From the NCBI GenBank assembly GCA_046290465.1, contig JBKAGP010000001.1:2432001-2496000 (forward strand): DNA of 64,000 bases, read 5' to 3'. Shown here one piece after another: positions 40,257-49,531 of this stretch. Each line of letters opens with the position of its first letter. Position 1 is the first letter of the stretch. The DNA is from Planctomycetota bacterium (GTDB taxonomy: Bacteria > Planctomycetota > UBA1135 > UBA2386). Made by a program: the position numbers and the translations under genes. Below the pieces are notes generated by a model that did no database searches, was not told the origin of the DNA, and saw only the letters and a program-made list of their open reading frames with translations.

Positions 40257-42395
40257 ATGAGCCGATACCTCGTCCTCACTCTGCACCTGCACGACCGGTT
40301 CCACGGAATGGCTCCGGACGGACCGGAGTGGCCACCGTCACCGGCTCGGGTGTTTCAGGCCCTCGTGGCAGGCGCCTCGCGCGGCTGCGGCGTCCCCCCC
40401 GCGGTCACACGCGCACTGCAATGGCTGGAGTCGTTGCCGCCTCCTGTGATCGCTACGCCGCGCGCTACGCTGGGCAGCCGCTTGCATCTGTTCGTGCCGA
40501 ACAATGATGCCGACACGCTGCGAGATCCGCGCGACGTCGGCGACATCCGCGTGCCGAAGCTGGTGCACCCGCGACTGCTCGAATCGGGCACTCTCCTCTA
40601 CGCCTGGCAGATCGACGCTGACCCCGAAGCTCATGCGCAAGCGGTCATCGCTACGTCCGAGCAGCTCTACCAACTGGGCCGCGGAATCGACATGGCGTGG
40701 GCATCAGCCGAACTGCTCGACGAGAAAGCCCTCACCGAACGCCTGGACTCTTTCCACGGCGACATCCATCGACCCGAGCCGCGCAGCCAGACGAACTCGC
40801 TGGCCTGCCCGGCACCGGGCACGCTGAAGAGCCTCGAGAGCCGGCACTCCGCGCAACGGATCCGAACCGAACCGGCGGGACGCTCGACGCAGAGCTACTT
40901 CACCAACGCGCCCAAGGCCCGGTTCCGACAGGTCGGCTACGCGCTGACAGTCCGCAGGCTTGTCTACGACCTGCGGCGCAGCGACGAGCCGAGCAGGGCG
41001 ATCGCGATCCGCCCTTCGCAAGCCACCACGCTCGTCGAGCGTGTCCGCGACGCCGCAGCGCTCCGCTTGCAACGCGCCGCCCCCCACCAGACCCCAGACG
41101 TCGAGCGGTGCCTGATCGGTCGCAAAGGGCACGAAAACGGTGGCGGCTCCCCCGCCGACCGGGTCCGCATCGTCCCTCTACCCTCGATCGGCTCGCCTCA
41201 CGCCGATCGTGGCATCCGACGCATCCTGGTCGAGATCCCCGGCACAGCGCCACTGCCACCCGACGACGTCGAATGGGCTTTCTCCGGCGTTTCGCCTGTC
41301 GATCGCGCGACCGGCGAGGTCGACGCCAGGGTCGTGCTCGTGCGGGCGGATGACGGCAAGATGCTGCAGCACTACATCACGGCCTCCACCCGGTGGCGCA
41401 CCGTGACTCCAGCCGCCCTGCCAGAACGTGCGTCGCGGCGCCGGATCGCACCCGACAGGATCGACGAACAATCGAAGGGCGCGACGGAGCGCCGCGCCGA
41501 AGAGGCGCGCGCGCTCGTAGCGGTGCGCGACGCGCTCCGCCACGCCGGTGTCCGCGCATCCGTCATCGGGGCCCACGTCCAGCGGGAGCCGTTCGAACCC
41601 AGGGGACTCCGTGCCGAGCAGTTCGCGCACGCACCGCGATTCGTCAAGGAGCGGCTCTGGCACGTCGAACTCGACTTCGGCGAACGCGTCGATGGGCCGC
41701 TCGTCCTGGGTGACGGTCGGTTCCTCGGCCTGGGTGTGATGGCACCCGCTGATGAGCCCCGATGCGGCGTCTACGCGTTCGGAGCCGATATCGACTCCGG
41801 CACCCCGGAAGGCCTGGCGCGCGCGCTGCGACGCGCGGTCATGGCGCGGGCACAGCAGGCGCTCGGCAGGCGCCCCCTGCCCCCGAGCTTCAGCGGTCAC
41901 GAAGCCGACGGATCCCCAGCCCGTGGAGGCCGGCACCTCGCTTTCCAGGTCGATCTCGTCAACGATCGCCTGCTCGTTGTGGCCCACGAATCGACCAAGA
42001 GGAGCGACATCGATCTGCTCGAAGCGGCGCTCGACGGACTGTCGGTGCTCAAGGCCGGCGCCGCCGGAACGCTGCGGTTGCACCGGCAGGCCATGACCGG
42101 CGAGGACCCGGTACTTCGCCCTTCACGGTGTTGGGCGTCGGCCAACGACTACACCGTCACGCGCCACACGAAGGGCTCGGACCCCGAGCAAGCCCTGAAG
42201 GACGACGTCGTGCGAGAGTGCGTGCGCCGCGGCTTGCCTACTCCCTTGGTCAACATCTCGAGTCTTCTTGGCGTACCGAAGCGCGGACTCTCGGGTCGGC
42301 TGGAGTTGACTTTCTCGCGCCCCGTTCATGGCCCGGTTCTTCTCGGGCGAACACGGCACCGTGGAGGAGGACTGTTCGTGGCAGGGCAGCAATAG
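40257..42395 (+). CDS. csb2: Csb2 (Cas5-Cas6 fusion), extended ~712-aa form
   Basis: EWPPSPARVFQALVA, WLE.LPPP.I, FVPNND, LGRG; two G-rich Cas6-type loops. Confidence 0.92.
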   Translation: MSRYLVLTLHLHDRFHGMAPDGPEWPPSPARVFQALVAGASRGCGVPPAVTRALQWLESLPPPVIATPRATLGSRLHLFVPNNDADTLRDPRDVGDIRVPKLVHPRLLESGTLLYAWQIDADPEAHAQAVIATSEQLYQLGRGIDMAWASAELLDEKALTERLDSFHGDIHRPEPRSQTNSLACPAPGTLKSLESRHSAQRIRTEPAGRSTQSYFTNAPKARFRQVGYALTVRRLVYDLRRSDEPSRAIAIRPSQATTLVERVRDAAALRLQRAAPHQTPDVERCLIGRKGHENGGGSPADRVRIVPLPSIGSPHADRGIRRILVEIPGTAPLPPDDVEWAFSGVSPVDRATGEVDARVVLVRADDGKMLQHYITASTRWRTVTPAALPERASRRRIAPDRIDEQSKGATERRAEEARALVAVRDALRHAGVRASVIGAHVQREPFEPRGLRAEQFAHAPRFVKERLWHVELDFGERVDGPLVLGDGRFLGLGVMAPADEPRCGVYAFGADIDSGTPEGLARALRRAVMARAQQALGRRPLPPSFSGHEADGSPARGGRHLAFQVDLVNDRLLVVAHESTKRSDIDLLEAALDGLSVLKAGAAGTLRLHRQAMTGEDPVLRPSRCWASANDYTVTRHTKGSDPEQALKDDVVRECVRRGLPTPLVNISSLLGVPKRGLSGRLELTFSRPVHGPVLLGRTRHRGGGLFVAGQQ

Positions 42396-42545
42396 CACTG
42401 AGCGGGCGGATCGCATCGGACCACACCGGTAGCAGTTCTACAGCTCTACGTGCCCGGCCCGCACCACCACTTCATGGCCGTGGTGACGTCCAACACGTTA
42501 GCGATGAACCCAAGGCCGTAGTTTTGGGCGAACAACCGTTCTCCC

Positions 42546-42659
42546 TCAGCGCCCCGCCATCACCACGATGAACCAGGCGGTCACCGCCACGATCAGCGTC
42601 ACGGGGATGAGGATGATCCAGCCTGGGCGGCGGCCTCGGTTTGCGGCGTCTTCGGTCAT
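42546..42659 (-). CDS. 37-aa single-TM small protein coupled to lptG
   Basis: ATGA overlap with the lptG stop; MTEDAANRGRRPGWIILIPVTLIVAVTAWFIVVMAGR. Confidence 0.45.
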   Translation of the reverse strand: MTEDAANRGRRPGWIILIPVTLIVAVTAWFIVVMAGR

Positions 42660-43735
42660 GAGCGGGTGCTGCCGAACAGTACGACGCCGAGCGACCCGAA
42701 CACAATGGTCGGAGTCCACGCCGCGACGATCGGGTGCAGCCATTCGCGCTGGCCCAGCCGCTGGCAGACCAGGTCGAGCAGGAAGTAGCCACCGCACATC
42801 GCGATCGCGGCCAGGATCCGGTCGATGCGGCTGCCGCGCTCGTAGCGCACCGCCATCGGCAGCGCCAACAGCAGCAGCAGCAGGTTGGCCAGCGGATAGG
42901 TGATGTGGCGATGCAGCGCCAGCCGCACGTCGGCGCGGTTCGGGCGGGCCTCGATCAGTTCGACGAGGTCCGTGTAGGACATCGTCTCCGGATCGACGGT
43001 CTCTCGCGACTGCTGCAGCAACACCTCCGGCGTCACGTCGGGACGTTCGAGCCAGGTCTGGTCGTGGCGACCGTCACGGCGATCGAGGCGGCCGTCCTCG
43101 AGCGACCAGTCGCCGCGCTCCGCGTCCCAGGAGCCGAGCCGGGCGCTGATCAGCGTCGCGTCGGCCGCGAGCGTCCCCTGGATCAACAGCCGCACGTCGT
43201 GCATCTGCTTGTTCACCGGGTCGTACTCGCGCACGTACATGTACTGGCTGACCTCCTCGTGGCTCTCGTGCACGAGGAACTTCTGCATCGAACTGCCCTG
43301 CCGCAAGAACGTCTCGTTGGTCGCCAGCGCCGCGCCGACGTGCGGCACCACCCACTGCCAGCTCGACACCATCAGGATCGCGCCGAGCGCGCCGCACCAC
43401 AGGATCGGCGCGAGCACCCGATGGATGCTGCGGCCGACGAACAGCATCGGCACGATCTCGTTGGCGCCGTGCAGCCGCGCCACCGCGAACATGCCGGCGA
43501 TCACCGTCGCGAACGGCGTCACCGTCGTGACCAGCACCGGCAGCAGCTTGACGTAGTAGAGGCCGAGGTAGGCCGCCAGTTGCATGCCGCCGAGGTCTTC
43601 GCTGGCGGCGCGCTCGGCGTAGCGCGGCAGGTTGTTGAGCAGGTCGACGAGGATCGACAAGAACAGGAAGAACAGCAGCGACGCGAGGAACGCGCCGAGC
43701 ACGATCTTGCCGACGTAGCGATCGAGGCGGCTCAT
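42656..43735 (-). CDS. lptG: LPS export permease LptG family
   Basis: MSRLDRYV, 3+3 TM layout, NEIV.M...G.S..R, LHPIVAAW.P. Confidence 0.85.
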   Translation of the reverse strand: MSRLDRYVGKIVLGAFLASLLFFLFLSILVDLLNNLPRYAERAASEDLGGMQLAAYLGLYYVKLLPVLVTTVTPFATVIAGMFAVARLHGANEIVPMLFVGRSIHRVLAPILWCGALGAILMVSSWQWVVPHVGAALATNETFLRQGSSMQKFLVHESHEEVSQYMYVREYDPVNKQMHDVRLLIQGTLAADATLISARLGSWDAERGDWSLEDGRLDRRDGRHDQTWLERPDVTPEVLLQQSRETVDPETMSYTDLVELIEARPNRADVRLALHRHITYPLANLLLLLLALPMAVRYERGSRIDRILAAIAMCGGYFLLDLVCQRLGQREWLHPIVAAWTPTIVFGSLGVVLFGSTRS

Positions 43736-44808
43736 CGACGCAGCTGCCTCCACACCAGCGGCACGCCGATCGCGGTCAGCAGCACCACCGGCATCCAGCC
43801 GCACCACGGGTTCTTGGTCGAGATCAGCAGCCGCGCGCCGAGCACCTCCCCGAGGTAGAACATCGCCAGCGGCACCAGCGCCATCACCAGCGCGACGACG
43901 CGGCCACGGAAGCGCGCCATCTCGGCGATGCAGAAGCCGATCGGCGCCAGCAGCGCCGGCATCAGCGCGAAGCAGCAGCGGCGGAACAGCGTGTAGGTCG
44001 CCTTCTCCGGTTCGCGGTGCACGCCGCGCATGACCTCGGCCAGCAGCTGGTCGCTGCGCACGTCGTCGTCCTTCTCGGCGCGTCCGCCGCTCGAGCCGAT
44101 CTCGTCGAGTGGCACCTGGAACTCGAGCGTGTCCGGCGACATCCCGCCGATCGGGTCGCGCACGCCCGACAGCACGATGCTCAGATCGCTGTTGACCGCC
44201 GACTCGTCGAGCGGCGGCACCGATACGCGGTCGACGTAGACGATCGGCGATTCGAGGTCCCTGCCGATCGGCTTCGGCGAGTAGATCGTGCAGTCCAGGT
44301 AGTCGCCGGTCTCCTTGTCGCGTTCGCGGAACGTGACGATGTAGCCGGTGTCGAGCACCTTGATGCGGTCGCCGCCGAGGTTGAGGTTCATGAACGCGCT
44401 GCGCACCACGTCGGCGATCACGCGGTACTTGCGGAAGTGCACCTCGGGGATCAGGTAGTGGTTGGCGAACGACGCAGCCACCGACAGGAAGATGCCGATC
44501 AGCACCGCCGACAGCATCGGCACGCGCGGCGAGATCCCGGCGGCGCGGATCGCGATCAGCTCACGGTCCTGGGCGGCCCGCGTGAACGTCATCACGGTCG
44601 CGATCAAAAACGCGATCGTCAGCAGGTGCGGCAGCGCGTCGAGCGCGAAGAACAGCGTGATCAGCGCCGCGTCGAGCAGGCCGCCGCCCTGCGAGCGCTG
44701 GATGCCGCGGTAGACCAGCGAGATCAGCACCACCGCGAACATCACGGTGAACGTGATCGACGCGTTGACCGCGAGTTCCTTCAGGTAGTATCGGTGCAGC
44801 CGCCACAT
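43732..44808 (-). CDS. lptF: LPS export permease LptF family
   Basis: LHRYYLKEL, DRELIAIRAAGIS; coupled to the lptG-like gene. Confidence 0.85.
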   Translation of the reverse strand: MWRLHRYYLKELAVNASITFTVMFAVVLISLVYRGIQRSQGGGLLDAALITLFFALDALPHLLTIAFLIATVMTFTRAAQDRELIAIRAAGISPRVPMLSAVLIGIFLSVAASFANHYLIPEVHFRKYRVIADVVRSAFMNLNLGGDRIKVLDTGYIVTFRERDKETGDYLDCTIYSPKPIGRDLESPIVYVDRVSVPPLDESAVNSDLSIVLSGVRDPIGGMSPDTLEFQVPLDEIGSSGGRAEKDDDVRSDQLLAEVMRGVHREPEKATYTLFRRCCFALMPALLAPIGFCIAEMARFRGRVVALVMALVPLAMFYLGEVLGARLLISTKNPWCGWMPVVLLTAIGVPLVWRQLRR

Positions 44809-44819
44809 CGCTCCGTTCC

Positions 44820-46349
44820 ATGGTTCCGCAACGCCCGACGCCGGGCAACCAAGCTCTGACGCATTCCTCGACCGCCGCTGGCGGCGCCGACTTCCGCGCG
44901 GCGCCCGAGGTCGCCGAACCGCTGGCAGAACTGTTGCGCCACGACGTCGCCGGATGGCAGGAGCATGGCCTGACCCGCATCAAGCAGCGCACCGTGCGCC
45001 GCGTGTTCCGGGGCCGGCTCGGCGACACGGCGGTGCACGTCAAGGTGTTCCGCGCCGACACGATCGCAGCCAGGGCGCGCGACGGGCTGCGCGGCCAGGG
45101 CAAGGGGGAGCGCGAGGCGAACCACCTGCTGCAGGCCCGCGACGCCGCGCTGCCGGCGGTCGAGCCGCTGGCGCACGGCTACGCCCACGAGGGCGGCCAG
45201 CCATGCAGCTTCGTCGTCACCCGCAGCGTCTCGGCCGTTCCGTTCGCCTTCCCGTGCGACGACGCCAGCTCCCACGCGGCCGGAGTCCTGGTCCGTGACG
45301 TGCATGACCGCGGCCTGCAGCCCGGCGACCTGCACCCCGGCAACCTGCTGGTCGGCGAACGCGGCGAGCTGTGGCTGTGCGACCTGACGTCGATGCAGCG
45401 GGTCGGCGACCTGTCGATGCGCCGCCGCGCCCAGGGGCTCGCGTTGTTCTGCAACCCGATCGACGGCGGCCCGCTCGACCCGACCACGCGCGCGTTCCTG
45501 CGCGGCTACCTGTCGCGCGGGGCGATGCCCGACGGCTTCCGCAACGAACTGGCCCGGGCGACGCGACAACTGCGCGCGACCGCGCTGCGCTCGTTCGGGC
45601 GCCGCAGCAGCCGCTCGTGCCGCCACACCGACGCTGAGCCGCGGCGCCGCGGGCAGCCGCGCTGGTTCTGGTTCGTCGACGACGACGGGGTCGACGATCC
45701 GCTGCGCGAGGTGCTCGCCGGGTTCGACCCCGCGCAGCACCAACCGCGTCGCTCCGGCCGCCGCGGCGCCGTCTGGCTGCGCGACGCGTTCGCCGTCAAG
45801 GACCGCGACGCCGGCAAGGCCAGGAAGCTGTGGCTCGCGCACTACTGGCTGCGGTTCGCCCGGGTGCCGACCCCCACCCCGCTGGCCCTGCGCCTGCACG
45901 GCGGGCGCGGCCGCGTGTTCGTGCGCCGGCTGCCGAGCGACGACCTGGCCGCCGAACTGCGCGACGGCCGCCTCGACGACGCCCGCATTGCCGCGTGCGC
46001 CTACGCGCTCGGCGCCGCGGTCGGCCGGCTGCACGGCCACGGGCTGCGCAACCGCGACCTCAAGTTCGAGAACCTGGTGCGCGTCGACGACGGCGCGGCG
46101 CTGGCGATGGTCGACCTCGACGGGGTCACGCTGCACGGCGCCGAGGACACGCGCGGGTGCGGGCGTGATCTCGGCCGGCTGCTGGCCGCGTGGGCCGACT
46201 CCGGCCACCCCGGAGGCGACGCGACCGTGCAACGGTTCATCTACGCATATGTGCGCATTCGCCGGCGGCTGCTGCAGCAACCCCCTGTCAGGCGGATCCT
46301 TGCGCACGCCGAGCGGCGGGCCGGAGAATGGCGGAAGCGGCACGCCTGA
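44820..46349 (+). CDS. Tandem-domain lipopolysaccharide kinase (Kdo/WaaP/InaA family); start uncertain
   Basis: Two kinase units: VHDRG..PGDLHPGNLL..LCDL and LHGHG.RNRDLKFENL..VDLD. Confidence 0.8.
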   Translation: MVPQRPTPGNQALTHSSTAAGGADFRAAPEVAEPLAELLRHDVAGWQEHGLTRIKQRTVRRVFRGRLGDTAVHVKVFRADTIAARARDGLRGQGKGEREANHLLQARDAALPAVEPLAHGYAHEGGQPCSFVVTRSVSAVPFAFPCDDASSHAAGVLVRDVHDRGLQPGDLHPGNLLVGERGELWLCDLTSMQRVGDLSMRRRAQGLALFCNPIDGGPLDPTTRAFLRGYLSRGAMPDGFRNELARATRQLRATALRSFGRRSSRSCRHTDAEPRRRGQPRWFWFVDDDGVDDPLREVLAGFDPAQHQPRRSGRRGAVWLRDAFAVKDRDAGKARKLWLAHYWLRFARVPTPTPLALRLHGGRGRVFVRRLPSDDLAAELRDGRLDDARIAACAYALGAAVGRLHGHGLRNRDLKFENLVRVDDGAALAMVDLDGVTLHGAEDTRGCGRDLGRLLAAWADSGHPGGDATVQRFIYAYVRIRRRLLQQPPVRRILAHAERRAGEWRKRHA

Positions 46350-46448
46350 CGGCCGTGCGGCGCCGTCCGGCGAACGCGTACCGGTTTGGGGCGGTTTCGA
46401 TTGAAGCCGTTGGGAGAGGAACTTAACTCGGGCGCGCCGCCTCCTACC

Positions 46449-48122
46449 GTGTCGAAATCCACTGCCAGACCGTGGCAGCAGTACGCAAGGCTGCTGCGTC
46501 CCGAAGCGCCCGACCTGCGCACGATCGTCGTCTACGGCGCGGCGTCCGCCGTGCTGACGCTGGCCGTGCCGCTGACCGTCGATGCGCTGATCAGCAACAT
46601 CACGTTCAGCACGCTGCTGGCGCCGCTGGTCGTGCTGGTCGGCGTGCTGCTCGGCTGCCTCGTGCTGCAGGGCGTGCTCGGCGCGCTGCAGGCATGGATC
46701 GCCGAAGTGATCGAACGCCGCATCTTCGTCCGGGTCGTCGGCGACCTCGCGTGGCGCCTGCCGCGGGTCGAGATCGGCGCGTTCGACCGCGCCCACGGCC
46801 CGGAAAAGGTCAACCGGTTCTTCGACACCGTGACCGTGCAGAAGAGCAGCTCCAAGCTGTTCCTCGAGGTCACCAACATCGTGCTGACCACCGGCGTCGG
46901 CATGACGGTGCTGGCGTTCTACCACCCGTTCCTGCTGGTGTTCGTGCTGGCGCTGCTCGCCGCGATCACGGTGCTGGTGTTCGTGTTCGGCCTCGGCGGC
47001 GTGCGTTCGGCGGTCGACGAGTCGGTCGCCAAGTACGAGGTCGCGGCATGGCTGCAGGAACTCGCCAGGCACACCACCGCGTTCTGCACCAAAGGCGGCG
47101 CGGACTTCGCGCGCCGCCGCGCCGAACGGCTGGTCGGCAGCTACGTGTCGGCGCGCAAGCGCCACTTCCGGGTGCTGTTCCGGCAGATCTGCAGCGCGCT
47201 CGGCCTGCAGGTGGTGGCGAGCACCTCGGTGCTCGCGATCGGTGGCTGGCTGGTCATCGACCAGCAGCTGACGCCGGGCCAGCTGGTCGCCAGTGAGCTG
47301 ATCGTCACTGCGGTCGTCGCCAACATCACCAAGCTCGGCAGCGTGCTCGAGAGCTGGTACGACGTCTGCGCGGCGTCCGACAAGCTCGGGCATCTGTTCG
47401 ACCTGCCGCTCGAGCGCCAGACCGGCGCCGAGCCGGAGTTCTCCGGGGACGGAGTCGCCCTCGAACTCAACGACGTGCGCTGCGCGCTCGACAACGGCCA
47501 GGACCTCGGCGACCTTCGCGACCTGTCGCTCGACGTCAAGCCGGGCGAGAGGATCGCCCTGACCGGCCCGGCCGGCGGCGACGCCAGCCTGCTGCTGGAC
47601 GTGCTCTACGGCCTGCGCCAGCCCGTTCACGGCCACGTCACGGTCGACGGCCTCGACCTGCGCCAACTGCGCCTGGACCGCACCCGCGACGAGTTCGCGC
47701 TGGTGCACGGCACCGAGATCGTCGAGGGCACGCTGCTCGACAACCTCAAGTTCGGCCGCGACGACGTCAGCATCACCGAGATCCGCGACGCGCTGCGCGA
47801 CGTCGGGCTGTGGGACATCGTGCTGGCGCTGCCCGACGGCCTCGAGACCCGCATCGCGACCGGCGGCCAGCCGCTGACGCCGAGCCAGGCCAGCCAGCTG
47901 ATGCTCGCCCGCGCGATCCTTGCCGAACCGCGCCTGCTGCTGCTCGACGGCGCGCTCGATCGGTTGACGCCAACGCTGCGCCGTCGGGTCATCGCACACC
48001 TGTTCGACGAGAAGCACAAGTGGACGATGCTGGTCGCGACCAACGAACGCGACGTGATCGCCGCGTGCGACCGCAGCCTCGACTGTGACACGGCCGCCTG
48101 CGCGGTCGAAGGAGATGCGTGA
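46449..48122 (+). CDS. ABC exporter, permease + NBD with degenerate ATPase motifs
   Basis: ABC TMD, LTPGQLVASEL, LPDGLETRI.TGG.PL, LMLARAIL..PRLLLLDG. Confidence 0.88.
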   Translation: MSKSTARPWQQYARLLRPEAPDLRTIVVYGAASAVLTLAVPLTVDALISNITFSTLLAPLVVLVGVLLGCLVLQGVLGALQAWIAEVIERRIFVRVVGDLAWRLPRVEIGAFDRAHGPEKVNRFFDTVTVQKSSSKLFLEVTNIVLTTGVGMTVLAFYHPFLLVFVLALLAAITVLVFVFGLGGVRSAVDESVAKYEVAAWLQELARHTTAFCTKGGADFARRRAERLVGSYVSARKRHFRVLFRQICSALGLQVVASTSVLAIGGWLVIDQQLTPGQLVASELIVTAVVANITKLGSVLESWYDVCAASDKLGHLFDLPLERQTGAEPEFSGDGVALELNDVRCALDNGQDLGDLRDLSLDVKPGERIALTGPAGGDASLLLDVLYGLRQPVHGHVTVDGLDLRQLRLDRTRDEFALVHGTEIVEGTLLDNLKFGRDDVSITEIRDALRDVGLWDIVLALPDGLETRIATGGQPLTPSQASQLMLARAILAEPRLLLLDGALDRLTPTLRRRVIAHLFDEKHKWTMLVATNERDVIAACDRSLDCDTAACAVEGDA

Positions 48123-49531
48123 TGGCCGCCTCGCTCAGTGACCCCGGCACCCAGATCGCCTACCCGGCGCTCGAACTGGAGGCTCTCGACGCCGCCGGCA
48201 AGCGCCGCGTCACCCGACGCTTCGGCCGCATCCTGCTGCTGCTGCTGGCGATCACGCCGTTCGTGCTCGCGTTTGCACCGTGGCAGCAGAACCTGGCCGG
48301 CCAGGGCCGGGTGATCGAATTCGACCCGGTCAACCGCCCGATGCCGATCCAGGCGCGCACCGACGGCAACGTCATGCGCTGGCACGTGCAGGAAGGTCAG
48401 TACGTCGAAGCCAACGACCCGATCGTCGACCTCGCCGACAACGATCCGGAGATCCTCGAACGGCTCAAGGAGCAGCTGGCGGCCGCCGAACGCAAGCGCG
48501 ATGCGGCGATCGCCAAGCGCGACCAGTACGAACGCCAGGTCACCGCCGCCGAGGAGGCGCGCAAGGCCGCGATGCAGCTGGCCGACGACGAGATCGCGGC
48601 GGCCGAGCAGGACGTCAAGGTCAAGCAGCAGGCGGTGGCAGTCGCCAAGCAGAAGCTCGAGCTCGCGGTGTTCGCGCTCGAGATGTACGAGGGCCTGGTC
48701 GCCGATCGCATCGGCGCCGGCTTCGACCTGCAGAAGGCGCGGCAGGAGAAGGGGGTCGCCGAGGCGGACCTCGCCGCCAAGGAGGCGGCCGTGGTCGGTG
48801 CGAATGCCTACCTGCGCGCGGCACGCAGCAAGAAGGAGCGCGTCAGTCGCTCGGAGACCGTGAAGATCCAGGACGCGAAGGCCAAGCGCGACGCTGCGGC
48901 AGGCGATGTCGCGACCGCCGAGGGTTCGATCCCGAAGCTGAAGCGCGACCTGACCCGGCAGAAGCAGCAGCAGCTGGTCGCGCCGATCGCCGGGTTCGTG
49001 CAGAACCTGGTCGCCAACGGCCAGGGCGGCGGCTTCGTCAAGCAGGGCGCGACGCTCGCAGTGCTGATCCCGGAGTCGAGCCAGCTGGCGGTCGAACTGC
49101 TGGTCGACGGCAACGACGTGACGTTCATCGACGTAGGCCGGCACGTGCGGCTGCAGTTCGAGGGCTACCCGGCGATCCAGTGGGTCGGCTGGCCGTCGGC
49201 GGCGATCGGCACGTTTGGCGGCAAGGTCGCGTTCGTCGACCGGTTCGACAACGGCAACGGCAAGTTCCGCGTCATGGTGCTGCCCGACGAACGCCCGTTC
49301 GTCGAGCACGAAGGGCCGGTCATCGACTGGCTGCGCAGCGTGCTGACGTTCGAGAACGTGCACAAGGCCGACAACCCGCATGCGTGGCCGCGCGACTTCC
49401 TGCGCCAGGGCGTGCGCACCAAGGGCTGGGTCGTGCTCGACCGGGTGTCGCTCGGCTTCGAGGTCTGGCGTCAGCTGAACGGCTTCCCGCCGACGGTCGA
49501 GCGCCCGAACAAGACCAAGGAGAAGAAGTGA
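48119..49531 (+). CDS. HlyD family membrane fusion protein
   Basis: PWQQN..G.G.V, long coiled coil, GRHVRLQFEG.PAIQ..GWP....GTFGG, GFEVWRQLNGFPP. Confidence 0.92.
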   Translation: MMAASLSDPGTQIAYPALELEALDAAGKRRVTRRFGRILLLLLAITPFVLAFAPWQQNLAGQGRVIEFDPVNRPMPIQARTDGNVMRWHVQEGQYVEANDPIVDLADNDPEILERLKEQLAAAERKRDAAIAKRDQYERQVTAAEEARKAAMQLADDEIAAAEQDVKVKQQAVAVAKQKLELAVFALEMYEGLVADRIGAGFDLQKARQEKGVAEADLAAKEAAVVGANAYLRAARSKKERVSRSETVKIQDAKAKRDAAAGDVATAEGSIPKLKRDLTRQKQQQLVAPIAGFVQNLVANGQGGGFVKQGATLAVLIPESSQLAVELLVDGNDVTFIDVGRHVRLQFEGYPAIQWVGWPSAAIGTFGGKVAFVDRFDNGNGKFRVMVLPDERPFVEHEGPVIDWLRSVLTFENVHKADNPHAWPRDFLRQGVRTKGWVVLDRVSLGFEVWRQLNGFPPTVERPNKTKEKK

